This document shows, piece by piece, positions 34,935 to 43,863 of a stretch of 64,000 bases of DNA. This DNA comes from a virus. Lineage: Duplodnaviria > Caudoviricetes. The position numbers and the translations under genes were made by a program. The stretch lies in the IMG/VR virus record IMGVR_UViG_3300025018_002598, positions 19,340 to 83,339 of that record; one strand, given 5' to 3'. The stretch's first letter is position 1, and the number at the start of each line of letters is the position of its first letter. The notes below the pieces were generated by a model. The model saw only the letters and a program-made list of their open reading frames with translations. It was not told where the DNA came from and searched no databases.

Positions 34935-35228
34935 TTATTTTAATGGTGAGATAAACTCGTCTCCATATCCTTTTGGTTTTGCAAAAAATTCGTCAAAAGT
35001 AGAATGCAACCTAGTCAATACTTTTGACAATAATCTTCTTCCTGCATCAGGAAGCAACTCTCCCGTAGTCGGGTCTATTATATCTTTTAGATAATCTGTA
35101 TTTGCCATATCTTCTAAAACCCTTTGATGGAATCTAAGATCTATATTTTCCAATACATATTCTTGAATTTCATTTATTTGATCTTCAGAAACAGGTGAGT
35201 TTTTATTTTCAGATATCTTGTACCACAT
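34935..35228 (-). CDS. Small protein starting MWYKIS
   Basis: 97 aa with GGAG RBS. Confidence 0.6.
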   Translation of the reverse strand: MWYKISENKNSPVSEDQINEIQEYVLENIDLRFHQRVLEDMANTDYLKDIIDPTTGELLPDAGRRLLSKVLTRLHSTFDEFFAKPKGYGDEFISPLK

Positions 35229-35243
35229 TTTATTTCATTCCCC

Positions 35244-36086
35244 TTACCACGGTTTTGATATACTTAACATATGGTTGAATTGATCTCCCACATGATTTTG
35301 CCAACTATTTTGACGATACCTCATATCCGCATCTTGATTGTCAGTAGAGTATTGTTGGTAATATCCCTCCGTTCCAGGGTTTCTATTGTGTGGCCATGAA
35401 CCGTCTGACTTATGTTTATTCTTACTTTCTTGAGGATTATACCTTGGTTGTTTTTTCAATCGTCCTCTTTCTGTAAATGTATTCGAAGGTTGAATGGGTT
35501 CTTTTTTATTGATAACTTTGATATGTTTTAACTTACCATTCTTATCTCTAACCCTTATTATTTTGAAATCTTTTCTATTCTTTTGCTTTTGTTGATCATA
35601 CTCTTCTTCAAAACTATCTTTAATCCTATCCCAAGGAATTACTCTTTCATCTTGCGACAAATCCAACCTACCTGAAGGTTGGTTTGCTGTATTGTTATAT
35701 CCTGTCTGACCAGGATTTGTTGCAGGAGATGAAACTTTCATTAAGTTTAAATCTAAATTAGATTTTCTTCTATGACGAATTCTAGATTTGTTTTTTGTAA
35801 CTCTTCTCTTGTAAGGATCGTTTGTGTATCCACAGTTTTTACATTTATAGACCTCACTACCATCTTCAAGGTGTCTGCCTTGAAACTCGAACGGATGGAG
35901 CTTAGACTTGCACGTAGGACATGCGTCCGGTTTACCTCCAGTAGGAGGAATGTTTTGATTCTGAGGACCACCGATTGAGGATGGTAGAAATGTACTTTCT
36001 ATATTTCTAGTCTTTGTATCCTGGATATAGCCAGAAGAAACGCCATCGGCACCTATGAATTCATTAGCAATTTTATAATTCCACAT
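35244..36086 (-). CDS. Basic low-complexity protein with Zn ribbon, starting MWNYKIA
   Basis: CPTC...CKNC; 280 aa; GAGG RBS. Confidence 0.65.
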   Translation of the reverse strand: MWNYKIANEFIGADGVSSGYIQDTKTRNIESTFLPSSIGGPQNQNIPPTGGKPDACPTCKSKLHPFEFQGRHLEDGSEVYKCKNCGYTNDPYKRRVTKNKSRIRHRRKSNLDLNLMKVSSPATNPGQTGYNNTANQPSGRLDLSQDERVIPWDRIKDSFEEEYDQQKQKNRKDFKIIRVRDKNGKLKHIKVINKKEPIQPSNTFTERGRLKKQPRYNPQESKNKHKSDGSWPHNRNPGTEGYYQQYSTDNQDADMRYRQNSWQNHVGDQFNHMLSISKPW

Positions 36087-36116
36087 ATCTTTATACCTCT
36101 TCGAATCTACATTAAT

Positions 36117-36142
36117 ATTCTACTTTCAAAGATAATAAACCT
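36117..36142 (-). promoter_or_regulatory. Putative SigH-type promoter AGGT-N18-GAAT
   Basis: AGGT at 36142-39 and GAAT at 36120-17, upstream of 36086. Confidence 0.55.
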
Positions 36143-36152
36143 CTAATAAAAC

Positions 36153-36192
36153 AAAAAATCCTCCCCAAAATATGGAGAGGATTGATTTTTTT
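36153..36192. terminator. Probable bidirectional terminator hairpin
   Basis: AATCCTCCC...GGAGAGGATT, flanked by A-run and T-run. Confidence 0.55.
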
Positions 36193-36206
36193 CATTTTTT
36201 CTTGAA

Positions 36207-38345
36207 TTAAGAGAGTATCATTTTATCATAGCGTTTTTGACCCAGAATACCCAATACTTCTTTTTTGTTTGTTGGATTTTTTAGATCTGAAATGTCTTTT
36301 ATTCCAGCTCCGTATAGTTTTTGGGCAAATTTCTTACCAATCCCATCAACTTTTACTAAATCGAGCATTTCATGACTAACGCCATATTTGATTCGTGACA
36401 ACAGAAGATCCCACTCTTCTCCCCATCCAAACCCGTTGCATTTTTGTTGTGCATTGGCAAATTTACCTAAATTATCATCAGCCAATCTCATTGTTTGGAT
36501 TATTCTTTCAATATCTTTAGTTATTCCAAAAGAATAAGAATTTAATGCAGGATCTACATCTTCGCCATTAAGAAGTCGATTGAAAACTGCTGCGTATTTT
36601 ATGTGAGGTTGCGTGGTTATGTCATTCACGCCTAAAAGTCTTGCTATTTCTTGAACAGCAGAACATTCTTGTTCTCTTTTGCTAATATAAACCTTTTTGT
36701 TTATAATTTTTATATCTTTACCGTCAAAAGTTTTGGCCCAAGTTCTTCCAAATTGGAAACACTCAGCAAAAGCCAAGGAGACCAGTAGATTTATTCTTCT
36801 AGATTTTGCAGTTTCAGACTCTCCTTTAGGAGGATTTAGAAATTTTATTTTAGCAAAGTTTCTAAACCAGTCAGAAACGTCTAATGGTGACATATACATT
36901 TTGGCAGTAATTAAGCCCAGTTTAGTCGCTTCGTATTCGTCGTTTTCATTTTTCTTTATCATAGATCGACCAGCTAAGTTATCCAAAACTTTCTTAGCGT
37001 TAGTTTCATCTATTTGATCCTTTTGGACACTAGATAACGTCAAATGATACCACTCTAAAAGATCTTCTTTTGTTTTAATTTCACCAGTAACAATGTAAGA
37101 CAAGATATGAAAACAGAGAATATTAATATCATTAAGAGTAGAACGTACTTTGTAGTTGCTATTTATTCTAGTCATTTCCTCTCTTTTCTTTTTTCGAGGA
37201 ACTAGAATCAAAGCATCGCCTTCAGGGTGATATCCGGCACGACCTGCTCTACCCATTGACTGGATTATATTGGCAGGGTCCATTGGAGTAATTCCAAAGG
37301 CAGTATGAGAAATAATTACATATCTAGCAGGTAAGTTTACACCCCAAGCGTTTGTTGTTGTTGAAATCAATACATTGTAGTCTAAATCTCTGAAGCCCTT
37401 TTCTACTTTTTTTCTTTTTTCTCTATCTAGATCGGCATTGTGAAAGTGAGCTTCGATTCCAATTGATTTTAAAGATCTTACTATTTTATTTCCAAAATCT
37501 TTATTTCCAACAAACACTAGAATTGGATCTTTTTTGTACTTGGTAATCAATTTAATGGTGGTTTCCATTCGATTACCTTCAATGTCATAGTAACTAGCCG
37601 CTCTACCGTAAGCGCCTCTATCTTCCACTTCGACAAATGATTGATTTAATTTACATGGACGATAATTAGACTTAATAACAACAGTTGAACGACCTGTCAT
37701 ATGTTCCAGCCATAATTTGAAATCATCAACATTTGGGATCGTGGCACTAATGAACAACGCTCTTGCCTTTGAGTCATGTTCGAAATATCTAATCAAACCT
37801 GCTTCTAGGGCATCTCCACGGTCCTTCATTCCTATCAAATGTATTTCATCGCCAATGAAACAGGAATTATGAAGCCAAGTGTGATTTTCATAGAATCTAC
37901 ACTTAGAATTAAACATTTCTGGAGTCAAAACAATAATGTTTGCTTCTTCTAGAAGTTTCTTTCTAGACTCTGTTATTTCAAAATCGCCCGTAAGGATCGC
38001 AGTTTTGTATTTAGAAAATGTATGATTTGGACTTGTCCACTCTTCGTACTTTTCGTCAGCCAAAGCCTTCATTGGCGCAATGTAGAGGACTTTCTCGTTG
38101 CGTTCCTCTATTGCTTCTGCCGCAAATAATTCGGCACATAAAGTTTTACCACTTGAAGTAGGAGCTGCTAAAACGATATTGGTTTCATAGTCTTTAAGAT
38201 AAGGAACAAAAATAGACTGACACGGATTTAAATGGTCATATTTTATATCCAAATAGTCTTTGAAATGTTCTGATCTTACACAAGGGAACTCAGGATTGTG
38301 TTCCCCCATTGGTTGAATTAAATCTGTAGGATATTCTGTAGGCAT
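36207..38345 (-). CDS. Ski2-like SF2 helicase (Hel308/Hjm-like) with C-terminal HhH
   Basis: APTSSGKT, YIAPMKALADE, DEIH, SAT, WGVNLPA, QSMGRAGR and VDGIGKKFA. Confidence 0.9.
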   Translation of the reverse strand: MPTEYPTDLIQPMGEHNPEFPCVRSEHFKDYLDIKYDHLNPCQSIFVPYLKDYETNIVLAAPTSSGKTLCAELFAAEAIEERNEKVLYIAPMKALADEKYEEWTSPNHTFSKYKTAILTGDFEITESRKKLLEEANIIVLTPEMFNSKCRFYENHTWLHNSCFIGDEIHLIGMKDRGDALEAGLIRYFEHDSKARALFISATIPNVDDFKLWLEHMTGRSTVVIKSNYRPCKLNQSFVEVEDRGAYGRAASYYDIEGNRMETTIKLITKYKKDPILVFVGNKDFGNKIVRSLKSIGIEAHFHNADLDREKRKKVEKGFRDLDYNVLISTTTNAWGVNLPARYVIISHTAFGITPMDPANIIQSMGRAGRAGYHPEGDALILVPRKKKREEMTRINSNYKVRSTLNDINILCFHILSYIVTGEIKTKEDLLEWYHLTLSSVQKDQIDETNAKKVLDNLAGRSMIKKNENDEYEATKLGLITAKMYMSPLDVSDWFRNFAKIKFLNPPKGESETAKSRRINLLVSLAFAECFQFGRTWAKTFDGKDIKIINKKVYISKREQECSAVQEIARLLGVNDITTQPHIKYAAVFNRLLNGEDVDPALNSYSFGITKDIERIIQTMRLADDNLGKFANAQQKCNGFGWGEEWDLLLSRIKYGVSHEMLDLVKVDGIGKKFAQKLYGAGIKDISDLKNPTNKKEVLGILGQKRYDKMILS

Positions 38346-38377
38346 ATATTTTCCAAATCATTTTGAGTGTAAATAAA

Positions 38378-38665
38378 TTAACCACAAAAAGATGTATAAT
38401 CTTTATTGCCGTCAATATCTTCGGGCTTAGAATCGAAGAACTCTTCAAAAGAAGAGTCCTCCAATCCTATTTCTTTTGAAAGCTTGACTAGATCTTGATG
38501 ATCTCTTGTCAAGTTCATTTCGCCAGTTTTTTTGTTTATTCGGATAACCGTGGTTATTACACGTTTATCTTTATCCGTTGATGAGTTTTTGCTGTTCTGC
38601 TTCAAGTTCGGTCTCCGTGACTTCCTGAAGTCTTTCAGGTTTGTCTTCAATAGAACCTTTTTCAA
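38378..38665 (-). CDS. Hypothetical protein, DUF2997-like paralog; start uncertain
   Basis: IRINKKTGEM resembles IRFNKKTGNI of the upstream gene. Confidence 0.4.
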   Translation of the reverse strand: MKKVLLKTNLKDFRKSRRPNLKQNSKNSSTDKDKRVITTVIRINKKTGEMNLTRDHQDLVKLSKEIGLEDSSFEEFFDSKPEDIDGNKDYTSFCG

Positions 38666-38789
38666 GTCCTAGTTCTTCACAGATTTGATCGAGAAACTTG
38701 TCGCAAGATTCTCCGACAAAACCACTTGTTTCGAATTCAATGTTTCCGGTTTTTTTATTAAACCGGATTTGGACTTCTTTAGCTTGCAT
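38571..38789 (-). CDS. DUF2997-family protein
   Basis: VQIRFNKKTGNIEFETSGFVGESC...EELG. Confidence 0.75.
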   Translation of the reverse strand: MQAKEVQIRFNKKTGNIEFETSGFVGESCDKFLDQICEELGLEKGSIEDKPERLQEVTETELEAEQQKLING

Positions 38790-38800
38790 TTGGATTCTCC

Positions 38801-39172
38801 TTAGACATACTTTCTTAGGGTTATAAGAATTTCTTCTTCATCTTCTTCGGTATCTACGCTGGACCAGCCCCAACCTTCCATCTTATCTTCTGCTTTTATT
38901 TTGTTATACTGGCACTGGAATTCGTTTTTGAATTTATCAAATTCAGGTCCGTCGTTACCAGAGCGAAGATCGACCCAGAATTCAGCATTGCCGTTCTTGT
39001 CGGGTCTAAGTTCGATTGGACGATTGTTCCATACAGGAACTTTGCTGCCAGTAATTTTGATTGAGTTCTTTGTTCCAGCAGTAACACCAAGACCCATTGC
39101 ATCACAAGCTTTGCGAGCAATTTCTGTATTGATGTCTTTGATCTTAACTCTTGTTGTTCTGATTTGAGACAT
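38801..39172 (-). CDS. DUF1257 (Ycf35)-like protein
   Basis: MSQIRTTRVKIKD...ACDAMG N-terminus and Y...AE..GW C-terminus, adjacent to DUF2997. Confidence 0.65.
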   Translation of the reverse strand: MSQIRTTRVKIKDINTEIARKACDAMGLGVTAGTKNSIKITGSKVPVWNNRPIELRPDKNGNAEFWVDLRSGNDGPEFDKFKNEFQCQYNKIKAEDKMEGWGWSSVDTEEDEEEILITLRKYV

Positions 39173-39191
39173 TTTGATTCTCCTATTTTTT

Positions 39192-40007
39192 TTAGTCTAT
39201 TTCAATGTCATCCCATATTGTCTTTGTCTGTTCAATACGGGTTTCTTCATGGGCCTGAACACTTTCTCCACGTTCTATATCGAATGATTTGATAATGTCC
39301 CAACAGATTTCTCTTCCACGCTTCTCTAACTCTTCGTCTAAGATTTCAGGATCTTGTTCGTTCGCTACCATCATACCGTAAGGAAGGATTACAAAATCTA
39401 TAATTTCATGATCTTCCATTCCTTCTTTTCTACAGTATGAAATCATACTCCTATATGCGTATTGCTCTTGAAGCATAACGTCACGAGTCATTGTATCTAG
39501 GTCAAAAGTGTAATGATACAATTCGTGAGCAACTGCTGAACGAATTAGTTTTTTTCTCCACGTCTCTTTGTCGAATCGAGAAGGTAAGGGCTTCTTTTTT
39601 CGTTGTTCTTTGATTTCCTTTCTATCTTCGATGTCTGTGATGTAAAATATCTCACGAGTATCAAGTGTATAGAAAGCCCTAGCGGCTCGCAACCCTTTGG
39701 CCATACTGACATAAAGGTTACGTTCTGTGTTTGTTTTTTTTGTAAGTGCGATTTTTTTAGCCTCTTCTTCCAAGGCATCTAAACCAGAGTTAGTTATCGA
39801 ATAAATCTTACAGTTTCTAATTCTCTCATCACCAACATCTTCGACAACAAAATCAATCACGTCTCTAAATTTGTCTGTCATCAATCTTGTTTTCATGTGA
39901 TTTTTTAAGATCAGATACAACTCTTTATTGATTGATAGAGATAACTCTTCATGCTCACGCAACATTTCAATGTGCGCCGCAAATTCACTATATTCTGAGA
40001 AAGACAT
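39192..40007 (-). CDS. HExxH-motif protein
   Basis: VAHELYHY...QEQYAY. Confidence 0.55.
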   Translation of the reverse strand: MSFSEYSEFAAHIEMLREHEELSLSINKELYLILKNHMKTRLMTDKFRDVIDFVVEDVGDERIRNCKIYSITNSGLDALEEEAKKIALTKKTNTERNLYVSMAKGLRAARAFYTLDTREIFYITDIEDRKEIKEQRKKKPLPSRFDKETWRKKLIRSAVAHELYHYTFDLDTMTRDVMLQEQYAYRSMISYCRKEGMEDHEIIDFVILPYGMMVANEQDPEILDEELEKRGREICWDIIKSFDIERGESVQAHEETRIEQTKTIWDDIEID

Positions 40008-40748
40008 TTAGAAAGTCCGTTCTATAATTTCTCTTTTGATCTCTGAGTCAAAATCTGGATCAGAATCAAATTGTATATTTTCCAAGAAATTCTCAGCAGT
40101 TCTAACATCAGAGAACTCTGATAAGATCTTAGTATATTCAATCATAATTTCTTCCAAGGTTTTGTCAATGATTTGGCCACCACTACTGGCTATTTTAGGT
40201 CTTTTTATTTTTATCTTTATACTATTTTCAAGATCTTCATTTTCAGAAAAATCAGCAGGACTCGAAGCGGGCTTCTTTTTGACGGAGAATTCACTGTCAA
40301 GACTTCGTAACCTTTTTTTTACTTCTTTTATGTTACTTCCGAACTCTTTTCTCTTTAGTCTCAATTCGGGAGTCATACTCTTACTCTTTTGATATCCAGA
40401 TTCAAACTCTTTGGCCAACCTTTGAATTTGCTCGATTATGCTCACGACTCTATATGGTCTGATATGATATTTTCTACTAGCCCTTAATAGAGTCTGAATG
40501 AATATGGAAATATTACAATAACAAATATCATCGTCAATATTTGTTAACTTTTCTAAGACTTCGATTAATTTAATTATATCTTCAGGAGTTTCTGGATCGT
40601 GAGTACTCGCACTTTTCCTCAAACTATCCTTTGTCTCCAAACTAGACATTGTATTGATAATATCTTCCCAATTGTCAAAAAGATTTTCTTTATATTTACG
40701 AGGAAGGGTATAGATGTTTTTCATCACTTCATAAGTGTTATTGTCCAT
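40008..40748 (-). CDS. Hypothetical protein
   Basis: 246 aa; contains RKSAS and KIASS. Confidence 0.6.
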   Translation of the reverse strand: MDNNTYEVMKNIYTLPRKYKENLFDNWEDIINTMSSLETKDSLRKSASTHDPETPEDIIKLIEVLEKLTNIDDDICYCNISIFIQTLLRASRKYHIRPYRVVSIIEQIQRLAKEFESGYQKSKSMTPELRLKRKEFGSNIKEVKKRLRSLDSEFSVKKKPASSPADFSENEDLENSIKIKIKRPKIASSGGQIIDKTLEEIMIEYTKILSEFSDVRTAENFLENIQFDSDPDFDSEIKREIIERTF

Positions 40749-41778
40749 TTTTTCCCTCCGTAAATTTTATACTATTTGCATTTAGGAAATCTTTAACTCT
40801 ATCTATTGGAATGGCGGCATTCAATCCAGAAGATGACGATTGATCTGTTACGATGGCAGCAGCAACTCCAATTGCTAAGTTGTCATTCTTACTAATTACA
40901 GGACCGCCACTATTACCTGGAGCCAAATTAGCACTAATGAACATATACGTTGAACTTTGACCCTCTTCTTGGTATTCAGTCTCTTTTGCTGAAAGAATCC
41001 CTTCTCCAACAATATTTTCAAAGCCCAAGGGTGTTCCCACTAATATAATTGGATCTCCTTGATTTATATTCTCTGAAGATCCTAATTCAAAAAATTCACC
41101 TTTTACAGATGGGTCATCAAGCGATATTATAGCTATATCTAAAACAGAATCATAAACCATCAATCTTGCATTATATTGTTTCTCTTGATACTTTACTGAT
41201 ATTTTCAAACTATCAGTTTTTCCACTAGGAGAAATAACATGAAAACAAGTAAGTATCATGTTTGAATTGATAAAAAATCCACTACCGATTTCTGTTTCGT
41301 TTCCGTCTGATGAACGAATACTTACACTTTTGCTTAAGGCGTTTTGATACTGATTGTTTTCCGATTGTTTCTTACTAGGTTCTTCTTGTTGATCTGGAAT
41401 CTCTAAGTTCTTTATTTCCCTATATGTATCAAGAACCCAATTCTCGTTTTCCCAAACAGGAAGTTTAGGTCCGCCAGAACCCCATTGTGCTTTTTTGTTT
41501 AATTCTTTATTTTCTAAATTTTTCTTCTTTTCTATTTTTTTTAACTTTTCAATTCTTTGTTTTTTTCGTATTTCTTCCATTCTTTTTTCAGCAGAATCGC
41601 CCTTATTTGATTCACTGAAATAATCATTAGGATGGCCTGCGCTACCGTCACTCCCTTCGAAGAGACCGTAACGGGAATCCCCTCCGAGATTCCCATAAGG
41701 CTGTGTCTGTGTTTTGTCGGAAAGTCCATTAGAAAATGGATCTCTACCAACAACTGCTATTTTATACCAGGTTTTCAT
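40738..41778 (-). CDS. Trypsin-like (S1) serine protease with N-terminal extension
   Basis: GSGFFI, LTCFHVI (His), DIAII (Asp) and GNSGGPV (Ser). Confidence 0.9.
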   Translation of the reverse strand: MKTWYKIAVVGRDPFSNGLSDKTQTQPYGNLGGDSRYGLFEGSDGSAGHPNDYFSESNKGDSAEKRMEEIRKKQRIEKLKKIEKKKNLENKELNKKAQWGSGGPKLPVWENENWVLDTYREIKNLEIPDQQEEPSKKQSENNQYQNALSKSVSIRSSDGNETEIGSGFFINSNMILTCFHVISPSGKTDSLKISVKYQEKQYNARLMVYDSVLDIAIISLDDPSVKGEFFELGSSENINQGDPIILVGTPLGFENIVGEGILSAKETEYQEEGQSSTYMFISANLAPGNSGGPVISKNDNLAIGVAAAIVTDQSSSSGLNAAIPIDRVKDFLNANSIKFTEGKNGQ

Positions 41779-42484
41779 TTTCCATGTCTTCTAGTTTATC
41801 TAGCATTTCTCCAATGATTTTATCTCTTACTATATGTTCTTTTCCAAACTTATAATATCCAATAAAGCTTAATGGGGAGAGACCTTTAGCTACTCTGTCA
41901 AAGCAACAACTTGAACGAAGGTCACTTTGTTTGGAGTCTCCAGTTAATACGATTTTACTTCCCTCTCCAATTCTTGATAAAAGCATTTTTATCTGATCAA
42001 AGTTTGCGTTCTGCATTTCATCGGCAATAACAAAACTATCAATCAATGTTCTACCTCTCATGAAAGCAAGAGGGCATATTTCAATAGTTTTTTGTGCTAA
42101 ATGTGCTTGAATTTCTCTTTCACTTAGAGCATTTCCAATGAAATCGAAAAGAGGGGTCATGTAGGGACTTATTTTTTCTTCTAAAGTTCCTGGCAAGAAT
42201 CCCATCTTTTCACCAGCGGCTTCGACCATTGGGCGTGTCAGGATTATTTTACCAACATTCCCTTTGTAAAGTTCATCTAGTCCTTGATTTACAGCCAAAA
42301 ATGATTTTGCTGTTCCTGCTGGACCACACATGAAAGAAATTCTGTGATCTCTTATGATATCATAGGCTTCTTTTTGTGCTTCGTTTTTAAACTTTAATTG
42401 TTTTCTTATATTGTAATGTCCCGTTTTGCTATCAGGCTCTTCGTTTCTTTTAGTTCTAGTTTGTGTTTGCTTTTTACGTGTCAT
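41762..42484 (-). CDS. phoH: PhoH-like ATPase
   Basis: GPAGTAKSFLA, LTRP, GFLPG, FMRGRT, DEMQN, GDSKQSD. Confidence 0.93.
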   Translation of the reverse strand: MTRKKQTQTRTKRNEEPDSKTGHYNIRKQLKFKNEAQKEAYDIIRDHRISFMCGPAGTAKSFLAVNQGLDELYKGNVGKIILTRPMVEAAGEKMGFLPGTLEEKISPYMTPLFDFIGNALSEREIQAHLAQKTIEICPLAFMRGRTLIDSFVIADEMQNANFDQIKMLLSRIGEGSKIVLTGDSKQSDLRSSCCFDRVAKGLSPLSFIGYYKFGKEHIVRDKIIGEMLDKLEDMENENLV

Positions 42485-42702
42485 TAATTATCTTCAACCT
42501 CCGAAAAGTTGTAATCAAGTAGTAAATTATACGCTTTTTCCCTTAAAGACTTCATTTCTTGAGAATCAATCTTACCATCTCGAATAGCATCAATAAGTTC
42601 TTTTACCAGGTTATACAACTCCCTCTCGGTTTCAGAAGTTTCTTTTTCTTGTCCAGATATTCGGATAAGAAAATTACCTAGATTATAGAGTATTTTTTTC
42701 AT
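42484..42702 (-). CDS. Small hypothetical protein
   Basis: 72 aa with AGGAG RBS. Confidence 0.55.
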   Translation of the reverse strand: MKKILYNLGNFLIRISGQEKETSETERELYNLVKELIDAIRDGKIDSQEMKSLREKAYNLLLDYNFSEVEDN

Positions 42703-42713
42703 ACTCGATACTC

Positions 42714-43430
42714 CTATTTGGTTAATTTTTTAGACAGCTTACCGTCATCCTTTCTATCGTCTTCCGCTTTATAGACTCTGTGCCAAAAAGACCATCCATC
42801 TATTTCTTTTCTATCTTTCTCTAACAATCTTTTACAAATGGTTCTTCTATTTACTTTTGTTATCTTAGACGCTTCTAATTGATTTTGAAAGCATAAAGTA
42901 GTATTCCCATTTGATGCTAAAAATTCAGTAGGATGATTTTCATTTTTGTTATACGTAAGAAACCAACCTTTTATAGTTTTTTTATTTTTATTTAAAATTG
43001 ATGATATCACTTTTCTAGATACATTCAATGTGTTTGCTGTTTCTGATTGAGTTTCAAATTCAATTGTTTTTCCATCTTTTTTAGCATATACTTTGTTTGC
43101 TCCTTTTGATCTACTTATCTTTATTTTTGTAGAAATATTATGTTTTCCATTACTTCCACCTTCCTTTATATTATATCCCAAAGATGGATCGGTAGAATTG
43201 TACTTTTTAATAAAGTATTTTTCAAGCATATCTAGGTCTTTCTGTGTTTCTGCCTGAGACAATACAATCCATTCGAATGAATCTTTTCCGTATTTCTGTA
43301 TTGATCTACTAAAATACATACAATCCCTAGACCTATGATGATATCCTCTTCTGCTGTTTAGGGTTTTCCAAGTTTGACCTATGTAAACTTTACTGTTTAT
43401 TTTATTTTTTGCCCTATAGATTATAGCCAT
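42714..43430 (-). mobile_element. Free-standing GIY-YIG homing endonuclease with NUMOD-like repeats
   Basis: IIYRAKNKINSKVYIGQT..., GYNIKEGG and repeated FESQxEAS-type HTH modules. Confidence 0.88.
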
Positions 43431-43431
43431 T

Positions 43432-43863
43432 TTATTTATTTAATTTCTTCTCCATAGGAATGTTTTTTCTTTGGTCTTCTATTCGATAAACCTCATGCCA
43501 TATGGGTTGGATGTTTTTATGTCCTCTAATCTTTTCATCGTCTAGATTCCAAGATTCTTCTCTGTGTGTATTGATGGATTCTTTAGAGTCATCGAACCTT
43601 CTTTCCAAAAGATCTTCTTCAGTATTTTTTCGGGCTTCTTCCATTTGTTTTTCATACAATTCTGTTTGTTCGCCACGATGCTCTTTGCTTTTATAGTGTT
43701 TGCTGTTATCGAACTGGTTTTCAGTAATTTCAGCAATTTCCTCATTCCAACGAGAAGGTATCTTCTTGTTCAATTCAAGAAGCTCTTCAATGGTTTTGGA
43801 AATTTCTTCTTCACTTCCTGCAATTTTTAGTTTTGAAATGTCAACTCTAAATTCAGACATCAT
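43432..43863 (-). CDS. Hypothetical protein with (T/Y/L)-E-x-Q/R-(F/M) repeats
   Basis: ITENQF, LYEKQM, LLERRF. Confidence 0.55.
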   Translation of the reverse strand: MMSEFRVDISKLKIAGSEEEISKTIEELLELNKKIPSRWNEEIAEITENQFDNSKHYKSKEHRGEQTELYEKQMEEARKNTEEDLLERRFDDSKESINTHREESWNLDDEKIRGHKNIQPIWHEVYRIEDQRKNIPMEKKLNK

